Shown: positions 49,672 to 60,878 of the stretch, piece after piece | How the letters are laid out: each line of letters begins with the position of its first letter | Position numbering within the stretch: the stretch's first letter is position 1 | Assembly: GCA_029953675.1 (NCBI GenBank) | Contig: JAMWBK010000009.1 | Location: forward strand, 992,001-1,056,000 | Source of the DNA: Rhodosorus marinus CCMP1338 | Lineage: Eukaryota; Plantae; Rhodophyta | Reading direction: 5' to 3' | Length of the DNA: 64,000 nt | Translations under genes and position numbers: made by a program | Notes under the pieces: generated by a model | What the model saw: the letters and a program-made list of their open reading frames with translations, nothing else | Database searches by the model: none | Told to the model about the DNA's origin: nothing

Positions 49672-52335
49672 ATGGCATGGCGGACTGGGTTTGGAAGGGG
49701 CCTTAGTAGCTTCAGCTGTCTCGGGAGGGTGCGATTTTCTGATTCCCGGAACTTTGATGGTCGCCGGTATCTAGATAATCTATCGAGAACCTTGAGTACT
49801 GTAGCCGAGAGCAAAGCGGGGTTGGAGACTTCCGAGTCCGAGAAGGTGTTGGATGCACTCAGCACCTTCCGAGATTCTCTGAGAGACGGAAGATTGTCGA
49901 TTGCGTTGCAGGGTTTCAGAAATGCTCAGGAGCATGTGAACGTCGAGGACGCGGTAAAGCTCTCTGATGCTCTCTGTGCAGCGGGGAGCAACGAGGATGC
50001 GCTCGAGGTGTACAAAGGAATCGCAACTGCTGGACGAGGGAATGAGCTCCAGGAACGCTTTCTACTGCCGTATGCTCTAGCCCACGCTCGCGCTGGAGAG
50101 GCGGAGGAGGCGTGGGCTCTCATAAAGCAAAACCCAAAGGAGGGACGTGAACTACTGTCGGTTTTAGTGGAACTCGGAGAGAACAGAGCGCTCCAATGTC
50201 TTGCGAATACCCGTCCGGAGTGGTTCCTTGAGGGTTTCAAAGAAATCGGAAAGCCTGGTCGTGAGGATGAGCTCAAAGAGCGCTTTTCGGTGGAGTATGC
50301 AATTGCTCTTCTGCGCATGGGCGAGGTCGAGGAGGCGTGGACTCTCGTGAGTCACGTACCAGAGAAGAGGCACGAGCTCCTGGCGTTTCTGGCTGAATTC
50401 GGGGACACTGCGACACTGCAAACGCTTGGGGAGGCGTGTGCGAAAGAGGTTCGTTCCGAATTATACCTCGCCGTGGCCGTGACCCATGCTGTACATGGCA
50501 GGAGGGACGCTACGGTTGAGGAAATTGTCACTTGGTCGAAATCAAAGGACTCGGCAGCGGAAGAAATCAGGATGTATGTGCAGTCATTCACGCTTGCGGG
50601 AGCTAAGCGCGGAAAACTCACTAAACCTGGTAGGAGCTTGCGGTTTGCAGTCAGTCTCTTCCCCCAGAGCGAGAGGCAGGAGGATTCTCAACGGGCTGGT
50701 GCAGTTGCTCTTGCTGCTCTTGTTATGTTGGAAGGGAAAGCGCTGTTTCGTGAGGCTTTGAAAGAACCGGAAAATGCGACCAAAGATGCGGTACTGGATG
50801 AGTTAAACAGAATTTTACTCAAGCGCCCTACTGACAGCACCGTGCAAAACGCATGGAGACTGTCCAGAGGCATATTCAGGATGGATCTTGAAGATCTCCA
50901 TCGGCATCTTGAGGCGATACGCTGTGGAAAATTCTTCGATGAATATAGGCATAAGACAGCATGGTACTTAGTTCAAGAAGCGAAAGTCTCAATGCTTATC
51001 ATGCCAACGCTGCAAACGTTTAGGGAGCTGTTGCGCATCTGTCGCAACCACAGTCGACGCTTCAACACTGCATCGACGACGGCACGAATGGTAATGAGGG
51101 AGATGGAACTCTTGGAGGTCATTCCGGACGAGGAATGCTACGCTCTCGTGCTTGAAACTCTCGGGAGAAGAGGCGACTGGGTTCGTGCTGTCGATACGTT
51201 AACTGGTTACATCGGGAAGATGCAGTCCCCGGCGATGTTGACTAGAGGCTTCGAGGGCGCTATACAAGCAAACGCGATTGCTGCTAAAAAGGCGGAATGT
51301 CTGTTGCTTTTGGGACGTATGAAGGACTATGGTTTGAAACCCACGAGGAACAGTTACAACTCACTGCTGGTATGCTTGGGCAAATGTCGGGATAGGGCAT
51401 CTCTACTTCGGGTTTTGGAGACCATGTACAGTGGTGGGGATCCGGATATGATGCCAACTAGTAAGACCTTCACGGGCCTTTTATCGGCTCTGTGTGTTGC
51501 GCGAAGGAGAAAACTCGCGGTTAGTATTTTCCACGACTGTGCCGAGCGCATTGCACAACTAAATTCGCCCGTGGTGTACAATTTCATGATCGAGGCATCG
51601 ACGATGACCAAGGACGTACAGTGGGCGGAGGACGTCTACAAGTCAATGAGGGATCACAAGATTACCCCGAACGGGAACACCTATGTAGCCCTCGCCGGGT
51701 TCTACTGTTCTCGACAGGAGATTCCAAGGGCTAGTGAATACCTTGCGAATTGTCTGGAGCAGAAAATGAAGATTGAAGGACATGGCCTTATGCGAATCAT
51801 TGAATGCCTCGCTTTCGGGGGTTTATTTAAGGAAGCGATTGCCATGGCGGAATTTGGCCGGGACTCGCCGTTCCCTGTGGAGCTGTTTTCTCTCGACCTT
51901 AACGACTGGAGGAAGTTGAATCTATGGGTCGCCTTTGTAAGGGGGTGCATGAAGCGCCTACGTTTTCCGGAAGTCGCAAGCGGACCGAGGGCCAGGATAC
52001 AGACTGAGATATCTTACATGAGCACGCGTCCTGAAGTTGCCTTGGAAACACTTTTAGCTGCTGAAGACGGTCTGAAACGGTTGTCAAGTCCGGCACGAAG
52101 GCCTCCAACTTGGCTCTCACTTCGAGTTATGCAGGCAGCACATCACTGCGGATTTCCGGAAATTTGTGCTCGCGTTCGGACGAATTACTTCCTTTCTACT
52201 CGTGAATTCAGGGAGAAATTGAATCTAACCGGCCCTGTGCCTACGACGGCGATGCTTAGGCGCCAACTGCGGGAGAATAAAATACCTGCGCAAAGGCCAA
52301 TCCTGAGGAAGCAGAAAACTAATTCTAACTTGTAG
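49672..52335 (+). CDS. Pentatricopeptide repeat (PPR) protein, probably mitochondrial, intronless
   Basis: 887 aa with an Arg/Ser-rich presequence. 35-aa PPR-like units include PDEECYALVLETLGRRGDW, PTRNSYNSLLVCLGKCRD, PTSKTFTGLLSALC, SPVVYNFMIEAS..QWAEDVYKSMRDHKITPNGNTYVALAGFYC. Confidence 0.9.
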   Translation: MAWRTGFGRGLSSFSCLGRVRFSDSRNFDGRRYLDNLSRTLSTVAESKAGLETSESEKVLDALSTFRDSLRDGRLSIALQGFRNAQEHVNVEDAVKLSDALCAAGSNEDALEVYKGIATAGRGNELQERFLLPYALAHARAGEAEEAWALIKQNPKEGRELLSVLVELGENRALQCLANTRPEWFLEGFKEIGKPGREDELKERFSVEYAIALLRMGEVEEAWTLVSHVPEKRHELLAFLAEFGDTATLQTLGEACAKEVRSELYLAVAVTHAVHGRRDATVEEIVTWSKSKDSAAEEIRMYVQSFTLAGAKRGKLTKPGRSLRFAVSLFPQSERQEDSQRAGAVALAALVMLEGKALFREALKEPENATKDAVLDELNRILLKRPTDSTVQNAWRLSRGIFRMDLEDLHRHLEAIRCGKFFDEYRHKTAWYLVQEAKVSMLIMPTLQTFRELLRICRNHSRRFNTASTTARMVMREMELLEVIPDEECYALVLETLGRRGDWVRAVDTLTGYIGKMQSPAMLTRGFEGAIQANAIAAKKAECLLLLGRMKDYGLKPTRNSYNSLLVCLGKCRDRASLLRVLETMYSGGDPDMMPTSKTFTGLLSALCVARRRKLAVSIFHDCAERIAQLNSPVVYNFMIEASTMTKDVQWAEDVYKSMRDHKITPNGNTYVALAGFYCSRQEIPRASEYLANCLEQKMKIEGHGLMRIIECLAFGGLFKEAIAMAEFGRDSPFPVELFSLDLNDWRKLNLWVAFVRGCMKRLRFPEVASGPRARIQTEISYMSTRPEVALETLLAAEDGLKRLSSPARRPPTWLSLRVMQAAHHCGFPEICARVRTNYFLSTREFREKLNLTGPVPTTAMLRRQLRENKIPAQRPILRKQKTNSNL

Positions 52336-53559
52336 TATCAACATGGTCTAACTTATGTAAAACTGAACAGGCTTGCTTTTAATTATGAATGCAGCGCAAC
52401 TGAGAACATCTGCAAGTGCGAGAATTGCTTCAGGCAAAGGCATAAACCCTTAGTAGCGTAGGAACCTAGCCGATCGCTTGGAACTTCGTCACAAGCGCAC
52501 AGAGCAGTGACTAGTTTGAATGGACGACCAGCCGCGGTTAAGCACGGTCAAAGAGCGAACTTCAAAGACTGTGTTACAGGTCTATCCTGCAAAGCCGGCA
52601 AGCATCTTTGTTCTCACGGAGATGCATGTCCTGGTCAATTCGCAGAAACTCAGTCGGGACTAGAATCGAGAAAGGACGTCAAGGCTAGGGGATACATCCA
52701 TTGCCATCCTACGTCGAGACTTGGCTATCCTCGCTACTTGAGGACAGTTCGGGCCATGCGAATCCAAGTGGACATGCCAATCAATCGCCTTTCTCGTTTG
52801 TTCTCACAGACGATGATGATGACGAACTAACGAGGCGAACGGCTTCGAGAACGCCAGTGACCGCGCATCCGCGTTCGTAAGCCCAAAAAACGAAGAAAAG
52901 GGCGGCAACCAGGTATGCCAGTCGCCTGGCACGCTCATAGAAGCATTCCTCCAGCCAGGGCTCACCGGCCTGGTCTACAAAACCAATTCCTTCCCTTTTT
53001 TGGTACACAAGCCGCTCATCTGCTAGCTCCCCTCGAACATGAGCGCTGTCCGTGCCACCAGCTGCTTAGGACGCTCGAGGAAGCACTCCTTTATCTACAT
53101 CGGGACGGGGGTAGCTCGATTCACAAAAAATTCCCAAGAGTATTCGACTCCCTTCAACACTCAGAATCAACAATGAGCGCGTGGGGTGTGGAAGGGGTAT
53201 TGAACCCCCCAAGACAAAACTAAAAGCAGGTCCACCAGTTCCCTTAGGACGCCTTCATCCAGAGAATAAAAGTTCAACCTACATAACCCAAGTATGCGAT
53301 GTCCTGCAGGAGTTCATGTGAACTCCCGAAAGCCAGAATCCGGATCACGCGTAGATCTGCAACGGTCGTGAGACCAGTTTTAGGGCTTTTGGATAGTGAT
53401 GACGTCGTGGAGTTAAGTTGAGATACCTTCGGCTGGGTGAGGAGGGGGGAAGGGGAAGGAAGGGAGGTTGGAGTAGGAAGTTTCTTTTTGTTCCCTTCAT
53501 TCTGGTGTTGAGCATATTACGTTAGTTAAGTCATCTGTTCTGTGAGTTTTTGATTAGGG

Positions 53560-54900
53560 ATGGAAGGGGAGCAAGGTTTAAGTGTGCTTGAGATATGCAA
53601 ACGCGGTCGTGCGGCTGCTCAGCGTATGCAGACGGCGAGCAGTGAGCTGAAGAACGCTGCTCTGGCGGAGATTGGTAAGGTATTAGAGTCCAGAAAAGGA
53701 GATATTGAGGCCGCAAATGCGGCGGATAAGAGCTATGCGGAGGAGAAGAAGCTGTCGAATACTCTGCAGAAGAGGCTGGACGTCACGGGGCCAAAGTTTG
53801 ACCAGATGATTCTCAATACAGAGGGCGTAGCGAAAATTGAGGATCCGGTGGGGAAGGTGAAGATGGCAACAGAGCTCTCAGATGGACTCGAGTTGTACAG
53901 GATGACTTGCCCGATTGGTGTTATATGCGTTATCTTTGAGGCCCGTCCTGAGGCAGGAGTGCAGATTTCCTCCCTTTGCATTAAGTCTGGAAACGCTCTG
54001 CTTCTCAAAGGTGGAAAAGAGGCTGCAAATTCGAATGAGGTGCTCGTAAACTGCGTTCGCGAAGGACTTGAAGCAGTAGGCTTACCAAAGGACGCGGTCC
54101 AGCTGGTGTCGACCAGGGATCAAATCAACGAGTTGTTGAGCATGGATCAGTACGTCGATTTGATCATCCCTCGCGGCGGTAACGCACTGGTGAAGTACAT
54201 TACGGACAACACTAGAGTCCCTGTCTTGGGACATGCAGACGGCATATGCGCGGTCTACGTGGACAAGGACGCGGACGTCGAGAAGGCGTGCAATCTTGTT
54301 GTGGATTCAAAGGCGCAATACGTTTCTGTTTGTAACGCTGCGGAGACGCTTCTTGTACAGCGTTCAGCGCTGAGTACACACTTGGCACCTATCGTGAAGA
54401 GTCTTTCGGATGCGGGAGTGTCGATTAAGGCAGATCCAGAATCCCTTGCTCTGATTGACTCGAAGAATGTGACGGCCGCTGGTGCAGAAGATTTTGTTAC
54501 CGAATTTCTGGACTATGTCATTGCGCTGAAGGTGGTGGAGTCGGTGGATGAAGCGATCTCGCACATCAACGCCCATGGGTCTCATCACACCGACCTCATC
54601 GTGACAGAGAATACGTCTACAGCGGAGCGCTTCCTGGCAGGAATCGATTCAGCGAACGTCTATCACAACGCCTCCACGCGCTTTGCGGATGGATTCCGCT
54701 ACGGATTTGGAGCGGAAGTTGGAGTATCAACGACTAGAACCCATTCCAGAGGTCCAGTTGGAGTGGATGGCCTCTTAATATATAAGTATCGCCTCTACGG
54801 CAACGGACATACGGTGGGTGGAATGGCTAAGGCTAACACTCCATTCACACACAAGCCAATCGAACCAACTTATCGTCCGCAGAGAAGCAACGAACTCTAG
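53560..54900 (+). CDS. proA: Gamma-glutamyl phosphate reductase (glutamate-5-semialdehyde dehydrogenase), standalone, intronless
   Basis: PIGVICVIFEARPE, KSGNALLLKGGKEA, DLIIPRGG, GHADGIC, VCNAAETLL, HINAHGSHHTD, NASTRFADGFRYGFGAEVGVST..RGPVG. Confidence 0.97.
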   Translation: MEGEQGLSVLEICKRGRAAAQRMQTASSELKNAALAEIGKVLESRKGDIEAANAADKSYAEEKKLSNTLQKRLDVTGPKFDQMILNTEGVAKIEDPVGKVKMATELSDGLELYRMTCPIGVICVIFEARPEAGVQISSLCIKSGNALLLKGGKEAANSNEVLVNCVREGLEAVGLPKDAVQLVSTRDQINELLSMDQYVDLIIPRGGNALVKYITDNTRVPVLGHADGICAVYVDKDADVEKACNLVVDSKAQYVSVCNAAETLLVQRSALSTHLAPIVKSLSDAGVSIKADPESLALIDSKNVTAAGAEDFVTEFLDYVIALKVVESVDEAISHINAHGSHHTDLIVTENTSTAERFLAGIDSANVYHNASTRFADGFRYGFGAEVGVSTTRTHSRGPVGVDGLLIYKYRLYGNGHTVGGMAKANTPFTHKPIEPTYRPQRSNEL

Positions 54901-56441
54901 ACTTATTTTTAATAAAAACTGGAAGGAAACAATGGACGTACCTGAACTTCAGACAGCCCAGTCCGTGCGCTGGTTTCCCGGAGTGCGAACCCCAAAAGGC
55001 ATGCTCAGGACGTGCCGGCGAAGAACAGATCTACAAGCAATTATTGCAGAATCAGGGATTTCTGTACGAGAACTAGCTACTACGACACTTTTCGCGTCCA
55101 CTTTTTCTCCTGTTCAGGATCCTGAGCTATGAGACTCTTGCTCGAGCGCGGGAGATAAGCCACAGCTTAATGTCAATGGCGAACTTGAGGATTGCGAGTA
55201 CTATCCGCACCAGGTCAAAACTGAATCCTTTTTCAGGAAACCATGTCACACAGCGTCCAAGGGCGCGCTCATGATCGTCCAACCTTCGTCGCTACAGAGC
55301 AATCGACTTTTACTTAACAGTTCATCAAAAACCGCGTCAACCCACTCGATCCGTCGTTTACTAAGCAAAACCCGGGGGTCCGACCCGTGGACCGCAATAT
55401 CCAATGAAATCAATAATAAATAGATGAAATCCCAGATATTCTACCAATTAAAAACATACTTACCTCGTGGCGTGTTTTTATTTGTCAAAAAACTGCTCCA
55501 ACTTAATAAAACTTCATCAATTCAGAATTCAATAAACGTATTAATCGAATACTTTTACCCTCTACCCTCAAAACTTTCCAGAAAAACCGCAGTCAGATTT
55601 TCCAATCTATTTCACTCAGAATCCAGGGTGAACTTTCGAATCAGAATATCCACCCCTGGAAAACGAACACATAACTGCCCGCCAAATCATGAATAACGGT
55701 CAATTATTTCTCCTTATTGGTAAATTCATGACGAGTTTTTCACAGGTCCCAACCTCAACAAAAAAAAAGAATATGTATTAAAATAATAATTTCACCATCC
55801 GGACCTTTTTGCGGCAAATTACTTCCATATTAAAACATTCTGAACTTCGTCATCTAATTTACGCGGAATCCATGGGGAGCATTCGTCCCAAAAGGTTTAC
55901 CCCTTGTATAAGAATGTTTCCCACCGGCCAGAATACAAATAATTACAAAATAATTCTCCATAATTACGGAGGTTATAAAAGGATAATTTAAGATGGGGGG
56001 GGGGGGTAAAAGAGGTGAGGTCTCCTCGGACATTTTTGGATATTAGCCCTATGAAACAGGTAAACAATGGGATTTTTGAGGGGGTACTGAGTATTGATGG
56101 TGAAAAGGCCCAATTTGTCGCCATTTTTAGGTTTTTTTTTTTGTATATAAACAAAGTTTGTGTGAGGGGATTGGGAGGGTGAACAGGAGCGTGGACGACT
56201 GAGCGGAGTAACTGTTCTGATGGACTCTGAGCCTTTTGTGTATGTGATACGTTTGTTTTGCTTCTTTTGTGGTTTTTAAGGTTTCAGCTGATGTGGATCA
56301 GGTTCGGGAGGTGCGCTATTAAGGGGGTCGGGTGTTTGACTCAGTTCATCTGAGTTGGAGGTCTCGGAGAGCTATCTTGGGGAGGGTGTTGGGGGGGTGG
56401 GGTGCGGAGGCATTGTCCCTTTTTTTTGTTTTTGAGGAAAA

Positions 56442-57797
56442 ATGAGTTATCTGGATCTGGTTAGTCTGGAGAAACTGGAGATGGCGCCAGCTGGGTTTAA
56501 GCCCACGGTTATCGTGAAGGTCGGCACTTCGTCTATTATGCGGGAGAGACAGGACAATCCTCAGGCGTGGAATGATCCGGTAAGTGTTTTTGTTTGAGTT
56601 ATACTACTCTGTTGGCTTTTTTGGTTCTTGATGGGGATGCGCAAATCCGTGAGTATGGCCAAGATCTGACCAGAGCGACTTTTTGGTACTGTTTTCCAGG
56701 CAACTGCGGCTGGAGAAGGGTTGAATTCCAGTCAGGGTGAACTAGCACTTTCCACGCTCGCTTTAATCGTTGATACTTTGATTGCTTTGAAGCGAGCTGG
56801 TTTCTGGGTGGTTCTTGTGACCTCTGGTGCTGTCGGTGTTGGATGTCGCCGACTCGGGATAAAGACAAGGCCCTCGCGTATTGCTGAAAAGCAGGCGCTT
56901 GCTGCGGTAGGAATGGGAAGGCTGATGCATCACTACGAAGAGCTGTTTGCCATAGCAAACGAATCCACAGCACTGGTGCTCGTCTCACGCTCAGACTTTG
57001 GGAAGAAGAGCAAGTTCATCAACATCCAGAACACTCTTCACGAGCTTTTCAAACTGGGGGTAATCCCGATAATCAATGAGAACGATACAGTAACGTCGAA
57101 CGACTTCAAGTTCGGTGACAACGACAGACTGTCCGCATTGGTGGCCGGAATGGTATTTGCTAGGTACCTCTTCCTGCTTACCGACGTTGACAGACTCTAC
57201 ACGGCGGACCCACGAAACAATCCCTCAGCCAAACCAATTGAAACTGTTGTGGACCTGGAAGAATTGGATCTGAACGTTAACAGCAGTGGCAAGGGGGGTA
57301 CGCAGTGGGGAACCGGAGGGATGGAAACGAAACTAGCAGCAGCAAAATTGGCCACTGCAGGAGGTTCGAAGGTTGTTATAATTCACGGTCGAAAACCTGA
57401 ACGTATCCTTGATTTTGTCCTTGAACGTGAGAATAAGATCGGTACCGTCTTCCTCGGGTCGCGAACGCCCGTTTCGAGCGCGAGAAAACTCTGGATCCTC
57501 CACGGCCTTGTACCGAGTGGAGGCATCGAAATCGACGCGGGTGCGGTCAGAGCGGTGATAAACAAGAAGAGCCTGTTCGCGGTAGGGGTGAGAAAGATTA
57601 CCGGCACGTTCTTTCAAGATGGGGCAATTCGCATTTTCAACAAGGACGGTTCTGAGATTGGTCGTGCGATTACAAACTATGACTCGAGCGATCTCGTGAA
57701 AATTCTTGGATCGAAATCTAATAAGATTGAGGAAATCCTCGGTGAGAGGGCTGGTCCGGAGGAAGTCGTCCATAGGGATAACCTTGTACTATTCTAA
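56442..57797 (+). CDS. proB: Glutamate 5-kinase with C-terminal PUA domain, standalone (2 exons, intron 56580-56699)
   Basis: Exon 1 carries VIVKVGTSS. Exon 2 carries LVTSGAVGVG, QALAAVG, IPIINENDTV..FGDNDRLSALVA, LLTDVDRLYTADP, GTGGMETKL and the PUA region ending VVHRDNLVL. Confidence 0.97.
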
Positions 57798-58240
57798 ATG
57801 AGAAAATAACTGGACCCCAGGCCGCGAAGTGGACGAGTTCCATCGCGGAGCTTCGGAAGTGCTCTCCCCAACTTTGACTACCGTATGTTTTTTTGCGTCG
57901 TTGAGAACTAGAAAGGAAGTTGATGGGTAGCTCTTTACAATAGGAGCGCCAAGACTATGAGAATATACCGAAATGCTGTAACAAACGTATTAAAAATCAA
58001 CTGAATCAGTAGCCCCTGGGTTGGTGCTGAATGCCAAAAGCGCTGTCTACTATGGCTCATAGCGCCGAAGCCGTTCTGCTCGAGTTATAGTCCATACACG
58101 GTGGCATTTGAAGCACGGTTAGGGCTGACGGAGTCGCTTCTCTCACATGTACATATCAACGCTCTGATCCACAAACCATTGTCACCGATCTGTATATATG
58201 CAGGAAACCTCCTGGTCTACGCGTACAAAACCATTAGCAC

Positions 58241-59278
58241 CTAGCCATGATGGCCGTGGCTCTGCCGGAAAACATACTCGAAAACGTAGCCTTCGATGTC
58301 GCATGAGTTCTTACAAGTATAGATGGCCAATGTCCCAAAGTCTATTCCATAGTTGTCCGCCTTAAGGAAATAGAGCAGCTGGGGCATTACTTGAAACTCC
58401 AAGGTTCGTATTCCTCCGCAGCTCTCACAGACAGGGGGACTTTTTAAAAGTTTCCCTTGAGAGAAAGGCCACAAAACTCTGCCTTCACGACCAAAACGGA
58501 CTACTTGCTCAGGGTCTTTGGCGACTTTCGCTTGAAACTCAAGCAAATCTGCATCTGCGGTTTTGAACGAGTCTTCCGGAAGCTCATCCTCCGCAGCATC
58601 CTGGAGAGTTCCTTTGCTGGCGGGCAGAGCGCTGCCTTCTGGAACTGAATCGTCCGCTGTTACCTCGTCCTCCATGACGAGAAGGCTCTCCTCAAACCGC
58701 CATCGTATTCTCGCTTCCTCCTCTGCTCCGTTTTCCAAGCTCCCGCAGTACCTTTTGTGCCCAATACGCCAGTCAAATGTTTGACAGTTTTTGGAACAGT
58801 ACCATGCCTGTGAACACTTAGCGCAGCGCTTGGTCGCACGAAGTCCACAAAGCTGACAAAGGTTACACAGAGCATCGGAATGCTCAGTTGAGTCGGGATC
58901 ATAGACCTCTGGATAATACTTATTCTTCCGCGCAAGTTGAGAGCGAAGAGCGGCAACGCCAGAACAGTCTTTCGTTCTGCAGATAAAAACGAATAGGGCT
59001 CTGTGGAAAGCACTGTGGTTGGAATCCAAGGGGCTATAGACTTGGAGCAGGAACACCATCTCAAATGTGCATACTCTACACCTCAAATCCTCAGCCGATG
59101 GGACATTCTCCGGTTCCAACCACGCGGCTATTCCTCCCACCTTACTCGGAAAATGCTCCCTCCACAGTTCGTGTGGATCTACAGACTTCTCCAGAAACCC
59201 TAAAGTCGTTTGAACGTCATCCCCACCCATGTTATCCACCAGACCCGGCTCCCCTCGCGCACCTTCTCGATCGTCCAT
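58241..59278 (-). CDS. PDCD2: Programmed cell death protein 2 (zf-MYND + PDCD2_C; uS5 chaperone family), intronless
   Basis: SKVGGIAAWL, CRVC..FLLQVYSPL, MYND finger CQLCG..RCAKC..YCSKNCQTFDW..GHKRYC, and C-terminal CESCGG.RTLEFQVMPQLL..IDFGTLAIYTC. Confidence 0.95.
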   Translation of the reverse strand: MDDREGARGEPGLVDNMGGDDVQTTLGFLEKSVDPHELWREHFPSKVGGIAAWLEPENVPSAEDLRCRVCTFEMVFLLQVYSPLDSNHSAFHRALFVFICRTKDCSGVAALRSQLARKNKYYPEVYDPDSTEHSDALCNLCQLCGLRATKRCAKCSQAWYCSKNCQTFDWRIGHKRYCGSLENGAEEEARIRWRFEESLLVMEDEVTADDSVPEGSALPASKGTLQDAAEDELPEDSFKTADADLLEFQAKVAKDPEQVVRFGREGRVLWPFSQGKLLKSPPVCESCGGIRTLEFQVMPQLLYFLKADNYGIDFGTLAIYTCKNSCDIEGYVFEYVFRQSHGHHG

Positions 59279-60878
59279 TGTGCATGAATCACAGTCTGGA
59301 ATAAAAATCCAAGCTCATCACTATTTTCAATAACGGTGCAGATAGGGCATGAAACAAGAACAGCACTGTTCTAACCCTCGTACAGACGCCCACAAAAGTT
59401 TCGTCCATCCCGCACCCGTAAGTCTACTCTTCTCACTCGCGCGGCAGTGACTTTGTCGAGCGCCATCAACAATCAAAAAAAGGAAGAAAACAAAGACATC
59501 AAAAAGTTCTATCATAAAATATTGCAAATAGTACGAACAACTACAATGAAAATTCAAACAAACATGAAGCTTTTCCGCGCTACGGTTAAATTTTAATAAT
59601 ATACTATATAAATCAAATTAAATATAATTTATTTAGTAGCTAGAGTATTATGGACAGTTTTGAACTAAATATTAATTTATTTAAGATAATTATTCTCATT
59701 AATGTATTTTCTATCCGTTAGAACAGGTTAGAATCATCTCCATTAGTGTCTCTTCGTTAATATTTGTTTTCATATAGGAAAAATTGGAAAATAAAATAGA
59801 TAATTTTAGACGTTTGATCGATTCTACTGGAAAATTAGTTTTAAAGGGTTTTATTTTCCTTGAAAATAAATAATTTATTGATGCTTAGGGGCAACGAACC
59901 CGCGGTCGGTTGTGCAGGTAGTAGTCGTTCAATGGATTCCCGTGAGCGATGAAAGCTTTGAAGTTCTTCTATTCTTTGCCATATCTGAGTTGCCATCCTG
60001 GAAATGGCTCAACGGTTCGAATTGGATGCTTGGTTCAGCTGAAGGAACTTGTCCACATCTAGGAAGCCTCTTTCAGACTCATGGATTCCCGCACTCGACA
60101 TGTTACCGCAGCGCCGGAACCGAGTTGAGAAGAGCGCGGGTCTGTCAGCGCGATAATGGCGGTTTCCACCACGATTTTTCTCTCTCTCCTGGAATGAATT
60201 CATGAGGCTGTCTGTTCCCTCAATCCCAAGACGGGGGAGACGATACTGTTGAAGAAACCGAACAGGTGCGAGCGGGCTAATAAAACCGAAGCGTGCTCTT
60301 TCCACTTAAGAGGGAATATCAAGATATCCGGCAGCGTCACCTAGCTTAGACAGTAGGAGCAGTAAACAAGCATTTTCACATGGAGAGTTTTCCGCAAAAA
60401 TCCGAACAAGGATGAAACCTCACATCGAAAGGGAATACCGGAAACAGTCAAACCGAACAGGCCGCGGTAAACCTGGAAGCTTGCTGTAGGATTCAATGCT
60501 ATTTCGCCTTTGTTTGCATTCCTCTCATCTGAATCCAGTTCACGAAAGCCCACAGTTCCGCCCAAACCTCCTCGGCCCAGCTATCGCTTTCAATGGACAA
60601 TGGAATTCAGCATCTCCGAAAAGACCCCTTTTGCATGGAATCGAAACTAAGTACTTTTTATCACAAAACAATTTTTTTTGACGTTGTTGCTTCGTTGTGG
60701 AAAGCAATGTTGTTCGGAAGGTGCCAGGGATGTCTCTTCGAATAGATTACGGTCCATGAGAGGTTCATCTCTCAGGTATAAGATCAAGCATGGATCGTTT
60801 TCAAGGACAAGGTGGTCTCTCAGGTTACTCGCTAGAAAATGCAGGAACACGAACATTTCCTATAAGGTACGAGGAGAA

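Noticed and set aside
52781-53040. Minus-strand ORF with one hydrophobic segment (LAYLVAALFFVFWAY)
   Set aside because: No in-frame ATG and no convincing upstream exon.
54930-55440. Protein-like fragments on the minus strand between proA and proB, considered as a pseudogene or a third pathway gene (proC)
   Set aside because: The fragments are in different frames, lack a start and show no P5C-reductase or other family motifs.
59900-60565. Minus-strand ORF fragments suggesting a decayed gene
   Set aside because: In-frame stops, no motifs, and overlap with the 5' flank of the EGF-like gene.
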